Assembly (NCBI GenBank): GCA_963555825.3
Contig: CAUVXB020000002.1
Location: 96,001-160,000 of the forward strand
Reading direction: 5' to 3'
Source of the DNA: Alphaproteobacteria bacterium
GTDB lineage: Bacteria > Pseudomonadota > Alphaproteobacteria > JAAXGF01
Length of the DNA: 64,000 nt
Position 1 is the first letter of the stretch, and each line of letters opens with the position of its first letter. Both the position numbers and the translations under genes were made by a program. Under the pieces are notes generated by a model, which did no database searches, had not been told where the DNA came from, and saw nothing but the letters and a program-made list of their open reading frames with translations. Of the stretch, positions 41,327-51,313 are shown one piece after another.

Positions 41327-42838
41327 TGTCCGTCATCAAAACGAATGGGACTGTTGAGCGTGTTTCATAAGGGAGGATCTGGCTCATCTTTGTTTGATGT
41401 TAAGCCGCTTGGCGTTGATGGTTCAAGCGGCGGTTTTGGGTGGTCAGTTTTTTGATCCTTTTTCTCTTTTCGATGATGGCGGTGTGGCGTCCAAAGTAGG
41501 CGTCGGCTGGAGTTACGTTGCCGATGCTCTCGTGGTAGCGTTGGTTGTTGTAGTGATCGACGAAGGCGCTGATCTGGTTTTCGAGATCGCCGGGCAGATA
41601 ATAATTTTCATGCAGGATCCGGTTCTTCAGCGTTTGATGCCAGCGCTCGATCTTGCCCTGGGTTTGCGGGTGATACGGTGCGCCCCGAACGTGATCCATA
41701 CCGTGGTCCTCGAGCCATTCAGCCAGATCGCCGGAGATATAGGACGAGCCGTTGTCGCTGAGCAGCCTCGGCTTGTGGACGACATTGGGGCGATTGCAGC
41801 CTGAGGCTTCTAGCGCCAACTTCAGTGTTGCCGTCACATCGTCCGCCGTCATGTTGGTGCAGAGCTTCCAAGCAATTATGTAGCGGGAATAGTCGTCCAG
41901 GATGGTCGACAGGTAAAACCAGCCCCAGCCGATGACCTTGAGATAGGTGAAGTCGGTCTGCCACAGCTGGTTCGGCGCCGTGGTCTTGTCGCGGAACTCA
42001 TCGGCTGCCTTGATGACCACGAAAGCGGGGCTGGTGATCAGGCCGTGGGCCTTGAGAAGCCGGTAAACCGAGGCTTCTTTGAGACAAAGTAGCCCCTGGT
42101 GTCCGTAAACCTGACGGCCAGTTCCCGGGGCGACAGTTGCGTCTCCTCCAGGGCAAGATCGATGATCTGCCCCCGGACATCATCCGGGATCCGGTTCCAC
42201 ACCCGGCCCGGGCTGCTGTTGCGATCCTCAAGACCGGCGTCGCCAAAGGCCAGAAAGCGATCGTACCAGCGATAAAAGGTGGTCTTCGGAATGCCCAGCT
42301 TGTCCAAAGTGGACCCGACGCCCAGGTGGGACTGCTCGACCAGGCGGATGATCTCCAGCTTCTCGGATGCGGGATACCTCATTCCTCGCCTCCCCCATGC
42401 CCGATCATGTTTTTTTTGAGAAGACGGTTCTCCAGCGAAAGTTCGGCGACCAACTCCTTCAAGTCGCGCATCTCCTGGCGCAGGCCTTTAACCTCGCCCG
42501 AGGTCGCTTGGCGCCCGGTGTCGCCGGCGAGCCGCTTCTTGCCCGCTTCCAAAAACTCTCGACCAGCTGTAATACAGACCCTCGGCGATGCCCTCGCGGC
42601 GGCACAAGGCGGCGATGCTCTCCTCGCCGCGCAGGCCCGACACCACGATCCGGATCTTCTCCTCAGCCGTATACTGCTTGCGTGTCTTGCGCCGAATATC
42701 CCGAACCGTTCTCTCCGCCGGGTCGTTCTTGCTCATTGATTTCTGTCTCATCTTCGTTCCCTTCGGTCACTACGATGAGCCAGAAATCCTCCGTTATGCA
42801 ATTACCTCAATTCGTCCCAAAGGCGCTGACGTCAGACA
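41327..42838 (-). mobile_element. IS3-family element (orfA/orfB, extra frameshifts)
   Basis: IRs TGTCCGTCATCA..TGGGAC and TGTCTGACGTCA..TGGGAC; orfA YTAEEKIRIV; orfB WQTDFTY, SDNGSSY, QGKIERWH. Confidence 0.88.
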
Positions 42839-43020
42839 GTGTCGGAGCCCGCTGCTACACGATGGAGCAGCACCGAGGCTGCGACGATAAACGTGACCAT
42901 GCCCGAGTAGAGCTTGATCAGATTCTCCCGTGAAGAGGAGGCCTGTTCCGCGAGTTCGGCGTGAAGCGTGTACATGCCGAACAAAGTTGTGGAGTCATGC
43001 TTTTTAGTTTCCTCGCTCAT
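42839..43020 (-). pseudogene. Small membrane protein truncated by IS (RipA/octameric-membrane-protein-like)
   Basis: LFGMYTLHAELAEQASSSRENLIKLYSGMVTFIVAA resembles the Y..YVE.A.R.S.RR..N.F pattern; RBS GGAGG. Confidence 0.35.
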
Positions 43021-43069
43021 CCGCCCTCCGCCTTTGAGATCAGTTATCCAAACTCAGCCCGGCATATTT

Positions 43070-43393
43070 TCAGAACACCAGGTCGCCATACCCCCATATG
43101 GCCGTGCCCAAGACAATGCCAGACCTGGCAATCCAGTGAAGCCACTTACTCACAACCGAAATGGGTGCTTGTGTCATTACGGGATTACCGCCGGAGGTAA
43201 CGCTCGACCGCGGGTATGGTTGGTTTCTCAGTGCTTGTCGTATTTCTACAAGGACTGAAAACAATACAAGCAGCGAACCAGACCTTTGAAACCACTCCCC
43301 ATCCCCTGACGCGAGGCTGAACAGAAACGAGGCCGTTGCACCTCCGAAGCCAATCAGCAAGCCCACAATATCTAAGAACGACGGCTGTCTCAC
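43070..43393 (-). CDS. Small 3-TM hypothetical protein (lower GC)
   Basis: Hydrophobic segments, WFQRSGSLLV and GTAIWGYGDLV motifs. Confidence 0.55.
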   Translation of the reverse strand: MRQPSFLDIVGLLIGFGGATASFLFSLASGDGEWFQRSGSLLVLFSVLVEIRQALRNQPYPRSSVTSGGNPVMTQAPISVVSKWLHWIARSGIVLGTAIWGYGDLVF

Positions 43394-43405
43394 TCCGGCG
43401 AGCCC

Positions 43406-43600
43406 CTACTTCCGAACAGCCAGCCACCACCATCCACCTGTAGCGCGAGCACCCGTTGTGTCAGCTATACCATCCTTATCATAGACCCCGCCGCGCGGGG
43501 CAAGGTGGCGTCCTGCCCGGCCGCACTTGCGGCAACGGTGGCCGTCGCGCTCGAGTGCCTTCCGCCGGACGGCGTGCCAACGCTGGGCGTGATGGTGGAG
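43406..43600 (-). pseudogene. HNH endonuclease fragment joined to a repeat-protein fragment
   Basis: RWHAVRRKALERDGHRCRKCG followed by GVYDKDGIADT. Confidence 0.5.
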
Positions 43601-43919
43601 ATGACAGCGGCTTATGGTGAGACCGGGATCAGGCGCCGGGGCCACATTTTTCCAGTAGAGCTCTTGCATACTCCTCATCTTCACGACGCTGGCGTTCCAA
43701 AATTTCCCTCATCGAAGCCATGAGTGACTTTAAGTCACCACAATTCTCCTCATTGATCTGTTCCGACATACTCAAAGCCCCGCCGACATCACCCAAGCAT
43801 TCCACCGCATCTTTCCGCAGGTCCGGGGGCAGTCCAGAAGCTACTGGCTGGCATATACCGAGCGGCCCGCATCGGCTGCATAGATGCCGCACTCGGCGAC
43901 GGACGGTGATGTCCCGGGC

Positions 43920-44732
43920 CTAGAACCTGTAGCGGACGCCGACTTCGAGGAAGTGTGCCCGCAATCCGCTGTTCACGTCGATGGTACCCGTGTCGTTCTT
44001 CGCCTCGAACTCAAGATCGCTCGCGGACTGGAAGCGATAGCTCGCCTGGAGGATGACGTTGTGCGTAAGCCGGTAGCCGACCCCGGCGCTGAGGTGGTAA
44101 GCGAACACAGTATCGGTGGTCGAAATCTCCGGCACAGGGGGCAGGTTCTGTGCAAACTGTTGGCCCGCCCTCGCCGCCACGATGGTGCGGAACAGCGTGT
44201 TGGAGTTGTAGTCCAGGTCGCCCTGGTCGACCCGGACGAAGCCGATTCCGCCGCCGATAAATGGTATCCAGTTGGGCCACGTGCCGATGTCGTACCAGAC
44301 ATTCGCGAAGCCACCGAGCTGGTCGGCGGTGCCGGAGATCGGGACGTCCACCTTGCCGACCATGGGAACGCCGGAATAGGTCACCTTGTCGACCCCCGCC
44401 CGCGCGAAGAACAGCTCGCCCTCGACGCGGAGGCCGCCGTCGAACTCGTAGCCCGCCGTGCCGGCAATCTTGAACCCGGTGTCGTACTCGGACGTGGACT
44501 TCGCCTTGTAGCGCTGACGCTCATCGGGCGCCCGAATGTTCAAAGCCTGGGCCCCGGTCGTGGTCGATTCCGTGTCGTCGATGAACATGATCGGCACGTT
44601 CAGCCCGACATAGAACCGACCGTCCGCAGCGCGCGCGTCCGGGATTGACGCCCCCGCGAGACCCAGCGCGATCACTCCTGCTAAGGCGAGGCTCCGATAT
44701 CCAGACCTTAGCAAGCCGAAAATCCTTTCCAT
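43920..44732 (-). CDS. Opacity/P44-like 8-stranded outer-membrane beta-barrel protein
   Basis: Signal peptide, GLRVEGELF, FANVWYDI, PFIGGGIG, FAYHLSAGVGY, terminal GVRYRF. Confidence 0.85.
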   Translation of the reverse strand: MERIFGLLRSGYRSLALAGVIALGLAGASIPDARAADGRFYVGLNVPIMFIDDTESTTTGAQALNIRAPDERQRYKAKSTSEYDTGFKIAGTAGYEFDGGLRVEGELFFARAGVDKVTYSGVPMVGKVDVPISGTADQLGGFANVWYDIGTWPNWIPFIGGGIGFVRVDQGDLDYNSNTLFRTIVAARAGQQFAQNLPPVPEISTTDTVFAYHLSAGVGYRLTHNVILQASYRFQSASDLEFEAKNDTGTIDVNSGLRAHFLEVGVRYRF

Positions 44733-44884
44733 GCCAGGCCCCCTTCCTTCTCGTGGCTTTGTCAAGTTAACCGGATTCACTCCGAAATCTCAGTACATTG
44801 TCGATGGCTCCTCCACGTAAATTCAATAGCTTAGCCTCATGGAGAAATGCCGAAAACAGCCTACATTCAATTAGCTTGACAATG

Positions 44885-45335
44885 CCTCCAGATTGCGGCG
44901 GACGCCAAACACAAACGGCTCGCCGAGCAGCAGGTCCATAACAAGGTCAGCAATCTCGGTCTATTGGCCGAGACGGCGGTGGACGCCCGGCGGAACCTGG
45001 TCGTCGATTGGATCGACGCGACCGCCGGCGCGGGCTACTTCAAGATCGAGGTTATCGAGGCCTGTGAGAATACCGGCGATGTGCCGCATGTGCCCAAGCC
45101 CCAGCGCGGATCAACGGTGAGCCAGGGGCTCTTTCCCAACGAACGCTTCCGCTATGACGGCGGCGAGGACATTTACATCTGCCCCAACGGCCAACGCCTA
45201 GCGCCATACGGCAAGCGCAAGCGCGGCGATATCTTCTTCGCCAGTTACGCCAATCGCGCCGCGTGCAAGGAGTGCCAACTCAAGTCAAAGTGTAGGAAGA
45301 GAGCCTTCTTTCGAGTTCTGCGCTATGTCGGCTTT
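44885..45335 (+). pseudogene. IS1182-family transposase fragment
   Basis: A.AGYF..E..AC, FRYDGGEDIYICPNGQRL, ACKECQLKSKC. Confidence 0.75.
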
Positions 45336-45339
45336 GTCA

Positions 45340-45970
45340 AGTTTGTTATTCAGCGCGCCAATTTGACCCGCCAGTATCAAGAGGTCTCAACAGGTTAGCG
45401 CGCCGATCGGCGTCGAACCTGCGCGCTGAATAACACCCAGACCCGCACCCTTGACACCGCCGCTGGCTCTTAAGCTTGTCAACGAGCCCCTGGCCAACAC
45501 CCAACGCTACGACCGCCTGCGGGAGAAGTCCCATGCAGACTGAGGCGATGATAACCACCTTGAAAACACTTAAGCTGAACGGCATGGCCCGTGCCATCGC
45601 TGAGCTGGCCGAGCAATCCTCAGCCGCCGACCGGCAAGCCGAAGGGATCCTTGAGATCCTCCTCAAGGCCGAGCTTGCCGAACGTGAGGTGCGGTCCGTC
45701 AATTACCAGATGAAGAGTGCGAAGTTCCCGGTTTACCGGGATCTGGCCGGCTTCGACTTTACCCAGGCTCAGGTCGACGAAGCGCTCATGCGGGAACTGC
45801 ATCGTTGCACGGTCCTCGACGACGCACAGAACATCGTGCTGGTCGGCGGCTCCGGCAAAACCCACCTTGCCACCGCCCTCGGCGTGCAGGCCATTCGCCA
45901 CCGTCACCGCTGCGTGCGCATTCTATCGGCCCTGGAACTGGCCAATGCCCTGGAGCAGGAAAAACGCGAT
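45340..45970 (+). pseudogene. IS21 istA-tail/istB remnant
   Basis: LKTLKLNGM, AKFPVYRDLAGFDF, GSGKTHLATALG; truncated. Confidence 0.8.
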
Positions 45971-46317
45971 GCTCGGCAAAGCCGACCGAAGTCGCCAGCA
46001 CGATCTCCAGCCTCTCCGAGCGCGCCGCCGCCATCTAGCTCGCCAGCATCCGGTCGCGGATCAGCGCGTAGAGCCGCACCGCGTCCGACCCGACGGCGCG
46101 CTGTAGGTGCCCGCACCCCGCGAATGCCCGACCGCCAGCCCCACCGTCGCGCGGGCACTCGCCCAGTCCGCGTCTGAGGCCGCGCCCCGGCACAGGAGGA
46201 AAAATGCCGGGGTGCGGCCGGACACGCCGCCCTTGGCCCGGCGCGACATAGATTCCGCGAATCCTTTCATGCCACCGGCCGCCCAATTTCACGCGTCATC
46301 CGCGAGGCTTCCTCCGG

Positions 46318-47856
46318 CTAGGGCCACATGGCGGCCTCGCCCCGCATCCACGCCCGTTCCGCGGCCGCGATACCGGCGGCGAGCACTTCCGGGGTCATGG
46401 CCTGGCCCGGCGCCGCAGTCCCGCCGGGCAGGATGTCGGCGCCCGCCGCCGCGAAGATGCGGCCGAAGCTCTCCTCTATCTCCACGAAGGCGAGGTCGCG
46501 ATCGAGCGCGGTCCGCACCGCTTCCAGCTCCGCCAGGACCGCCTCCATCTCGTTCATCACCCCGAGCCGCGCGCCGGAACGCAGCTGCGCGACGATGTCG
46601 TCCTGCGTCTCGGCGATCCGGCTGGACGTCGCATACTGCGCCCGCGCCTCCTCGAACCCGGCCAGCGCGACATGGAGCTGGGTCAGCACCGCCATGGCGA
46701 GCGCCTCGCGCCGCGCCCGCTCGAGCGCCACGCCGGCCTCCGCCGCCGCCATCGCCGCCGGCGCCGTGAACAGCTGGGCGAGGTTGAGCGAGACCTGGGC
46801 GCCCAGTGACGCCCAGCTGTCTTTCACCAGGAAGGAGTTGCTGTCGGTATGGGCCCCGGCGCTGAGCTCGATCCCCGGAAGGACTCTCAGCAGCGCTTTC
46901 CGCGCCTCGGCCGCGGCGATCCGCCCGGAGAGCTGCGCCTCGCGCAGCTCCGGGCGCTGCCGCAGCGCCAGGGTCTCAAGCGCAGCGATGTCGAGGACCG
47001 GCCGGCGCGGCGGCGGCAACCGGTCCAGCGGCAGGGCGAGGCGGTACTGCGCGCCGGGGCCGAGGCCGATCAGCTCGGCCAGCTCCAGTCCGATGCGCCG
47101 GCCCTCGCGCCGCTGCCGCTCCAGCGCCTGAAGCGCCTGCAGCAGGGCGCGCCGGTAGCGTAGCGCCTCAAGCGGTGAGCGCACCCGGAGCTCGGCGATG
47201 CGCGCGCTGTCGGCCAGCGCCGCCGTCACGCTGTCCATCAGCGACCCGGCCCTCCGCAGCGCTCGCTTGGCCGCCACCGCCCGCCACCAGGCCCGGCGGA
47301 CCTCGGCCAGCACCGTATGCACGGCCTTGCGCCGGCGCTCATGCGCGATCAGCACGCGGTCCGACTGCTGGCGCGCCGCGTAGTATGAGACCCCGAAGTC
47401 GAGCGCATGCCAGACCGCCGTGAGATCGCCGGTCCGCGTCGTCCGGTCGGACGACGTCGACGCGCTCAGCGACTCCCGCCCGGTCAGCACCGACTGGCTC
47501 GACGAGGCCCGGACGTTGCTGCGCGTCGTCACCCCGTAGCGCGCCGAAAGCCCTGGCAGCAGGCCGAGCCGGGCCACCTCCAGCTCGCCCAGCGCCAGCG
47601 CCTGCTCCATCGCCCGCACGCGGCTTTCCAGGTTGAACAGCAGGGCGTAGGCCATCGCCCGGTGCAGGGTGAGCGGCCCGTCGAGCGCCGGCCGGTTCGC
47701 CGCCAGCGTCCGGCGGTCCTCCGCCACCCGCCGTTCGGTGTCCTGCTCCGTCAGCGGAGACGGCCGCACCGCGCAGCCCGCCAGCAGGGCCAGCGCGGTG
47801 GCGCCCGCCAGGACCGCGCACAGGGCGCCGTACCGAACCGCCATGCCGCGCCTCAC
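46318..47856 (-). CDS. TolC-family outer-membrane lipoprotein
   Basis: Lipobox LAGC, two OEP repeats (LDFGVSYY; ALRQRPELRE), last gene of the T1SS operon. Confidence 0.85.
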   Translation of the reverse strand: MRRGMAVRYGALCAVLAGATALALLAGCAVRPSPLTEQDTERRVAEDRRTLAANRPALDGPLTLHRAMAYALLFNLESRVRAMEQALALGELEVARLGLLPGLSARYGVTTRSNVRASSSQSVLTGRESLSASTSSDRTTRTGDLTAVWHALDFGVSYYAARQQSDRVLIAHERRRKAVHTVLAEVRRAWWRAVAAKRALRRAGSLMDSVTAALADSARIAELRVRSPLEALRYRRALLQALQALERQRREGRRIGLELAELIGLGPGAQYRLALPLDRLPPPRRPVLDIAALETLALRQRPELREAQLSGRIAAAEARKALLRVLPGIELSAGAHTDSNSFLVKDSWASLGAQVSLNLAQLFTAPAAMAAAEAGVALERARREALAMAVLTQLHVALAGFEEARAQYATSSRIAETQDDIVAQLRSGARLGVMNEMEAVLAELEAVRTALDRDLAFVEIEESFGRIFAAAGADILPGGTAAPGQAMTPEVLAAGIAAAERAWMRGEAAMWP

Positions 47857-49391
47857 TCCTCGCGCAGCGCGCGCGTGAAATAGTCGCTCAGCGGCTTGAC
47901 CAGGTAGCCAAGCGGCGAGCGCTCGCCGGTGCGCAGATAAACCTCAACCGGCATGCCCGGCGTCAGCACGAGCACCGACACGGCGTTGCCGGGACCGGGA
48001 CCGGGCGGCGGCAGCGCCCGGGGCCTTTCGCCGCCGCGCCGGCCGGACAGCGCCTCGCGCAACCAGTCCGGCGCCCACTCTTGCCGGGCGATCCAGCGCC
48101 CGGGGCCGTCGGCGTACCCGTCCGCGACGCCGTCCCACTGCCGGCCGGCCCAGGCCGCCACCGACCACTCGCCCTCCGGCGCGATCGCCCGGCCCATCGC
48201 CAGCTCGACCTCGTACCACGCCAGCCCGGTGCGCTCATCCAGGCTCGCATCCGCCGCCACCCTGAGCACCCGGCCCTCGAAGGCCGGCGTCGTCCGCGCC
48301 GGAAACGCCGGGAACAGGACCGTCGCCTCCTGGCCCGGCCACACCTGGTCGACATGGATTGGATCGAGCTTCGCCCGCACCACCAGTGCCGCGTCCTCCG
48401 GCACGATCTTCAGGATCGGCTCGCCCGGGCGCACCACCTCGGCCGGCGCGAACACCTGCATCTCGAACACCTCGCCGGAGATCGGCGCCCGCACCTCCAT
48501 GTGCGCCAGACGGGTCCGCACCGAGACCAGGCGCTCGCGCACCTGGGTCTCCCGCGCCTGCGCCTCGCGCGCCTCGCCTTCCGCCTCCGCGATGCGGTTG
48601 GCGTCGAGCTGCAGGACCTGCAGCTGGAGCTCGGCGATCCGGCTCCGCGCCGCCGCGATCCGCGCGCCGATGTCGCCCGCCTCGCCGTCGAGCCGCGCCG
48701 CCCCCCGCTCGCGCTCCATGAGCCGCTGAAGCTCGACCCGGCCCTCCTCGAACAGTTCGCGGAACGGCTTGAGCTCGCGCGCCAGGAACCCGGCCTGGCG
48801 CCGCACCGCGTCGAGCTGCGCCTCCAGGCTGGCGATCTGGCGCCGGGTCTGGGTGATCCGCTCCTTGAACAGCGCCGCCTGCCCCGCCAGGGATGCCCGC
48901 CTCGCCTCGAACAACCGGCGCTGCCCGTCGAGGATGGCGCGCACCCCGGCGTCCTCGTCCGCCCGCCGGGCGAGCGCCGCGTCCCAACGGATCGCATCGG
49001 CGCCGCGGTACTCCGCCTCCAGCCGGTTGCGCCGCGCCACGAGCTCGGCCTGCTCCGCTGCCAGCATCGCCTCTCCGGTGCGCAGCTCGCCATCGTCCAG
49101 CCGGATCAGCACGTCGCCCGCCGCCACACGGTCGCCGTCCCGCACCAGGACCGCCTGCACCGTGCCGCCGTCGACATGCTCGACAGCCTGCGCCCGGTTC
49201 TCGACCTCGACCCGGCCGGGCGCGATCACCGCTCCGGAGATCGAGGCGAACGCGCCCCATCCGAGCACGCCGCCGAGCAGCACCGCCAAGCTCAGCAGCC
49301 CGAGCGCCACCGGCCTGCGCGAGGAAAACGCGCGCGGAGAACCGAGCCGGGGAGAGAGCGGGCGTTCCAGGTCCGCCGGCGCCCCCGTCAT
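47853..49391 (-). CDS. HlyD-family T1SS membrane fusion protein
   Basis: GAVIAPGRV, VEHVDGG.V..V.VRDGD.V, VRAPISG, LTPGMPVEVYLRTGERSPL.YL.KPL. Confidence 0.92.
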   Translation of the reverse strand: MTGAPADLERPLSPRLGSPRAFSSRRPVALGLLSLAVLLGGVLGWGAFASISGAVIAPGRVEVENRAQAVEHVDGGTVQAVLVRDGDRVAAGDVLIRLDDGELRTGEAMLAAEQAELVARRNRLEAEYRGADAIRWDAALARRADEDAGVRAILDGQRRLFEARRASLAGQAALFKERITQTRRQIASLEAQLDAVRRQAGFLARELKPFRELFEEGRVELQRLMERERGAARLDGEAGDIGARIAAARSRIAELQLQVLQLDANRIAEAEGEAREAQARETQVRERLVSVRTRLAHMEVRAPISGEVFEMQVFAPAEVVRPGEPILKIVPEDAALVVRAKLDPIHVDQVWPGQEATVLFPAFPARTTPAFEGRVLRVAADASLDERTGLAWYEVELAMGRAIAPEGEWSVAAWAGRQWDGVADGYADGPGRWIARQEWAPDWLREALSGRRGGERPRALPPPGPGPGNAVSVLVLTPGMPVEVYLRTGERSPLGYLVKPLSDYFTRALREE

Positions 49392-51313
49392 GCGCTTCTC
49401 TCCGGCGGTCCGCCGGCCGGATCGGGGCCGCCGGGCGCCCCGTCGCCGGGCGCAGCCCCGTCCGGCGGCGAAACCTCCACCAGCCGCAGCGTGCGGCTCT
49501 GTTCGGCCCCGTCGCCGGGCGGCCCCGCCATCCGGGTCACCGGCACAACCGTCTCCGGCAGGGCCGCCGCCCGGCGCGGCGCCGCACCGGGCGGCGGCTC
49601 GGCCCGCTGCAGCGCGCCGTCCGCCATCGCCAGCACCGCGTCGCATTCCGCGAACGCGCCCGCCCGGTGCGCGACGATCACCGCCGCCCCGCCGCGCGCC
49701 TTCAGCGCCGCCACCGCGCGGCCGAGCGCCGCCGCCCCCTCGGCGTCCAGATGCGCGTCCGGCTCGTCCAGCACAACCACCGCCGGATCGCCGTAGAAGG
49801 CGCGCGCGAGCGCGATTCGCTGGCGCTGCCCACCCGACAGCGCCGCGCCGCCGGCCGCCACCTCGAAGTCGTAGCCGCCCGGCAGGTCGAGGATCATCTC
49901 GTGCGCGCCCGCATGCCGCGCGGCTTCGATCGCCGCGTCGGCGTCCGGATCCGGGTCGAGCCGCGCGATGTTCTCCGCCACCGTGCCCTCGAACAGCACC
50001 ACCTCTTGGGGCAGCCAGCCGAGGTGGCGGGCGAGCGCCGCCTCGCCATACTGGTCGATCTCCGCGCCGGCGAGCGTCACCTTGCCCGACAGCGCCGGCC
50101 ACACGCCGGTCAGCGCCCGCGCCAGCGTCGACTTGCCCGACGCCGAAGGCCCCGCGATGCCCACCGCCGAGCCGGGATGCAGCGCGAAGGAAGCGCCGCG
50201 CACCGCCGGGCGTTGCGCCCCGGGGGCGCCGACATAAAGCGTCTCCGCCGCCAGCAGCGGCTGCCCGGCCGCCTTGAGCGCCGCCGGGTCGGGCGCCGGC
50301 AGCGGCGTGCGCACGGGCGCCTCCGGGGTCTCCGTAAGCAGCCGCGCGAGCGAACGCCTGCCCTCCAGCGCGCGCTGCAGCACCGGCCACTGCGCTACCG
50401 CCTGGTCGATCGGCGCCAGAGCCCGCCCGAGCAGGATCGAGGCCGCGATCATGATCCCCGGGGTAATCGACCCCTGAATCGCCAGCCAGGCGCCGAGGCC
50501 CAGCATCATCGACTGCAGAAACAGGCGCAGCGTGCGCGTCGTCACGGAGAACGCCCCGCCGCGGTCGGAGGCCGCAATGGTCGCGCCGAGCGCACGGTCG
50601 CGGATCGCGGCGAGCCGCTCCCGCACCGCCGCGCGCATGCCAAGGCCCCGCACCGTCTCGCCGCCGGCCCGCATCTGCTCGGTCAGCTGGAACGCCTGGG
50701 CCGAAGCCTGCCCCGCCTCCTGCTGCAGCCGCGACGTGCGCGCCTGGTTCACCAGCGCCAGCACCAGGAGCAGCACGCCGGCGAACACCGCCAGCAGGCC
50801 GAGCATCCAGTGGAACAGGAACAGCACGGCGAGGAAGATCGGCGTCCAGGGCGCGTCGAAGAATGCGAAGGGACCGGGACCCGACGCAAAGCGCTGCATC
50901 GCCTCGAGGTCGGCAAGCCCCGTCGCCGGCGCCGAACGGGCCTCGGGCGAGCCACCGGCGCGTGTGAGGATCGCCCCCAGAACCCGCGGGTCCATCCGTG
51001 CCTGGAACCGCGCCCCGGCGCGCGCCAGCACCCGCGCCCTGAAATGATCCAGCAGCCCCATCGCCAGGAACAGGAAGGCCACGATGCCGATCAGCGCCAC
51101 CAGCGTCGCCTCCGACCGCGAACTCAGCACCCGGTCGTAGACCTGAAGCATGAAGACCGGGCCGGTCAGCATCAGCAGGTTCACGAAGGCGCTGAACAGC
51201 CCGACCGCCAGGAACGACCGCCCGCTCTCGGCCAGCGCCGATCGGATCTCCCGCGCGCCCGACGCCGCGTCCCTGTCCGGCCCGCCCATGACCGCCGCCG
51301 GGCCTCCGCTCAC
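49388..51313 (-). CDS. PrtD-family T1SS ABC transporter
   Basis: NLLMLTGPVFMLQVYDRVL, GPSASGKST, LSGGQRQRIALARA, LDEP. Confidence 0.93.
   Translation of the reverse strand: MSGGPAAVMGGPDRDAASGAREIRSALAESGRSFLAVGLFSAFVNLLMLTGPVFMLQVYDRVLSSRSEATLVALIGIVAFLFLAMGLLDHFRARVLARAGARFQARMDPRVLGAILTRAGGSPEARSAPATGLADLEAMQRFASGPGPFAFFDAPWTPIFLAVLFLFHWMLGLLAVFAGVLLLVLALVNQARTSRLQQEAGQASAQAFQLTEQMRAGGETVRGLGMRAAVRERLAAIRDRALGATIAASDRGGAFSVTTRTLRLFLQSMMLGLGAWLAIQGSITPGIMIAASILLGRALAPIDQAVAQWPVLQRALEGRRSLARLLTETPEAPVRTPLPAPDPAALKAAGQPLLAAETLYVGAPGAQRPAVRGASFALHPGSAVGIAGPSASGKSTLARALTGVWPALSGKVTLAGAEIDQYGEAALARHLGWLPQEVVLFEGTVAENIARLDPDPDADAAIEAARHAGAHEMILDLPGGYDFEVAAGGAALSGGQRQRIALARAFYGDPAVVVLDEPDAHLDAEGAAALGRAVAALKARGGAAVIVAHRAGAFAECDAVLAMADGALQRAEPPPGAAPRRAAALPETVVPVTRMAGPPGDGAEQSRTLRLVEVSPPDGAAPGDGAPGGPDPAGGPPERSA

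Noticed and set aside
45975-46300. Possible gene fragments downstream of tolC
   Set aside because: Short, frame-inconsistent, and no recognisable motif.
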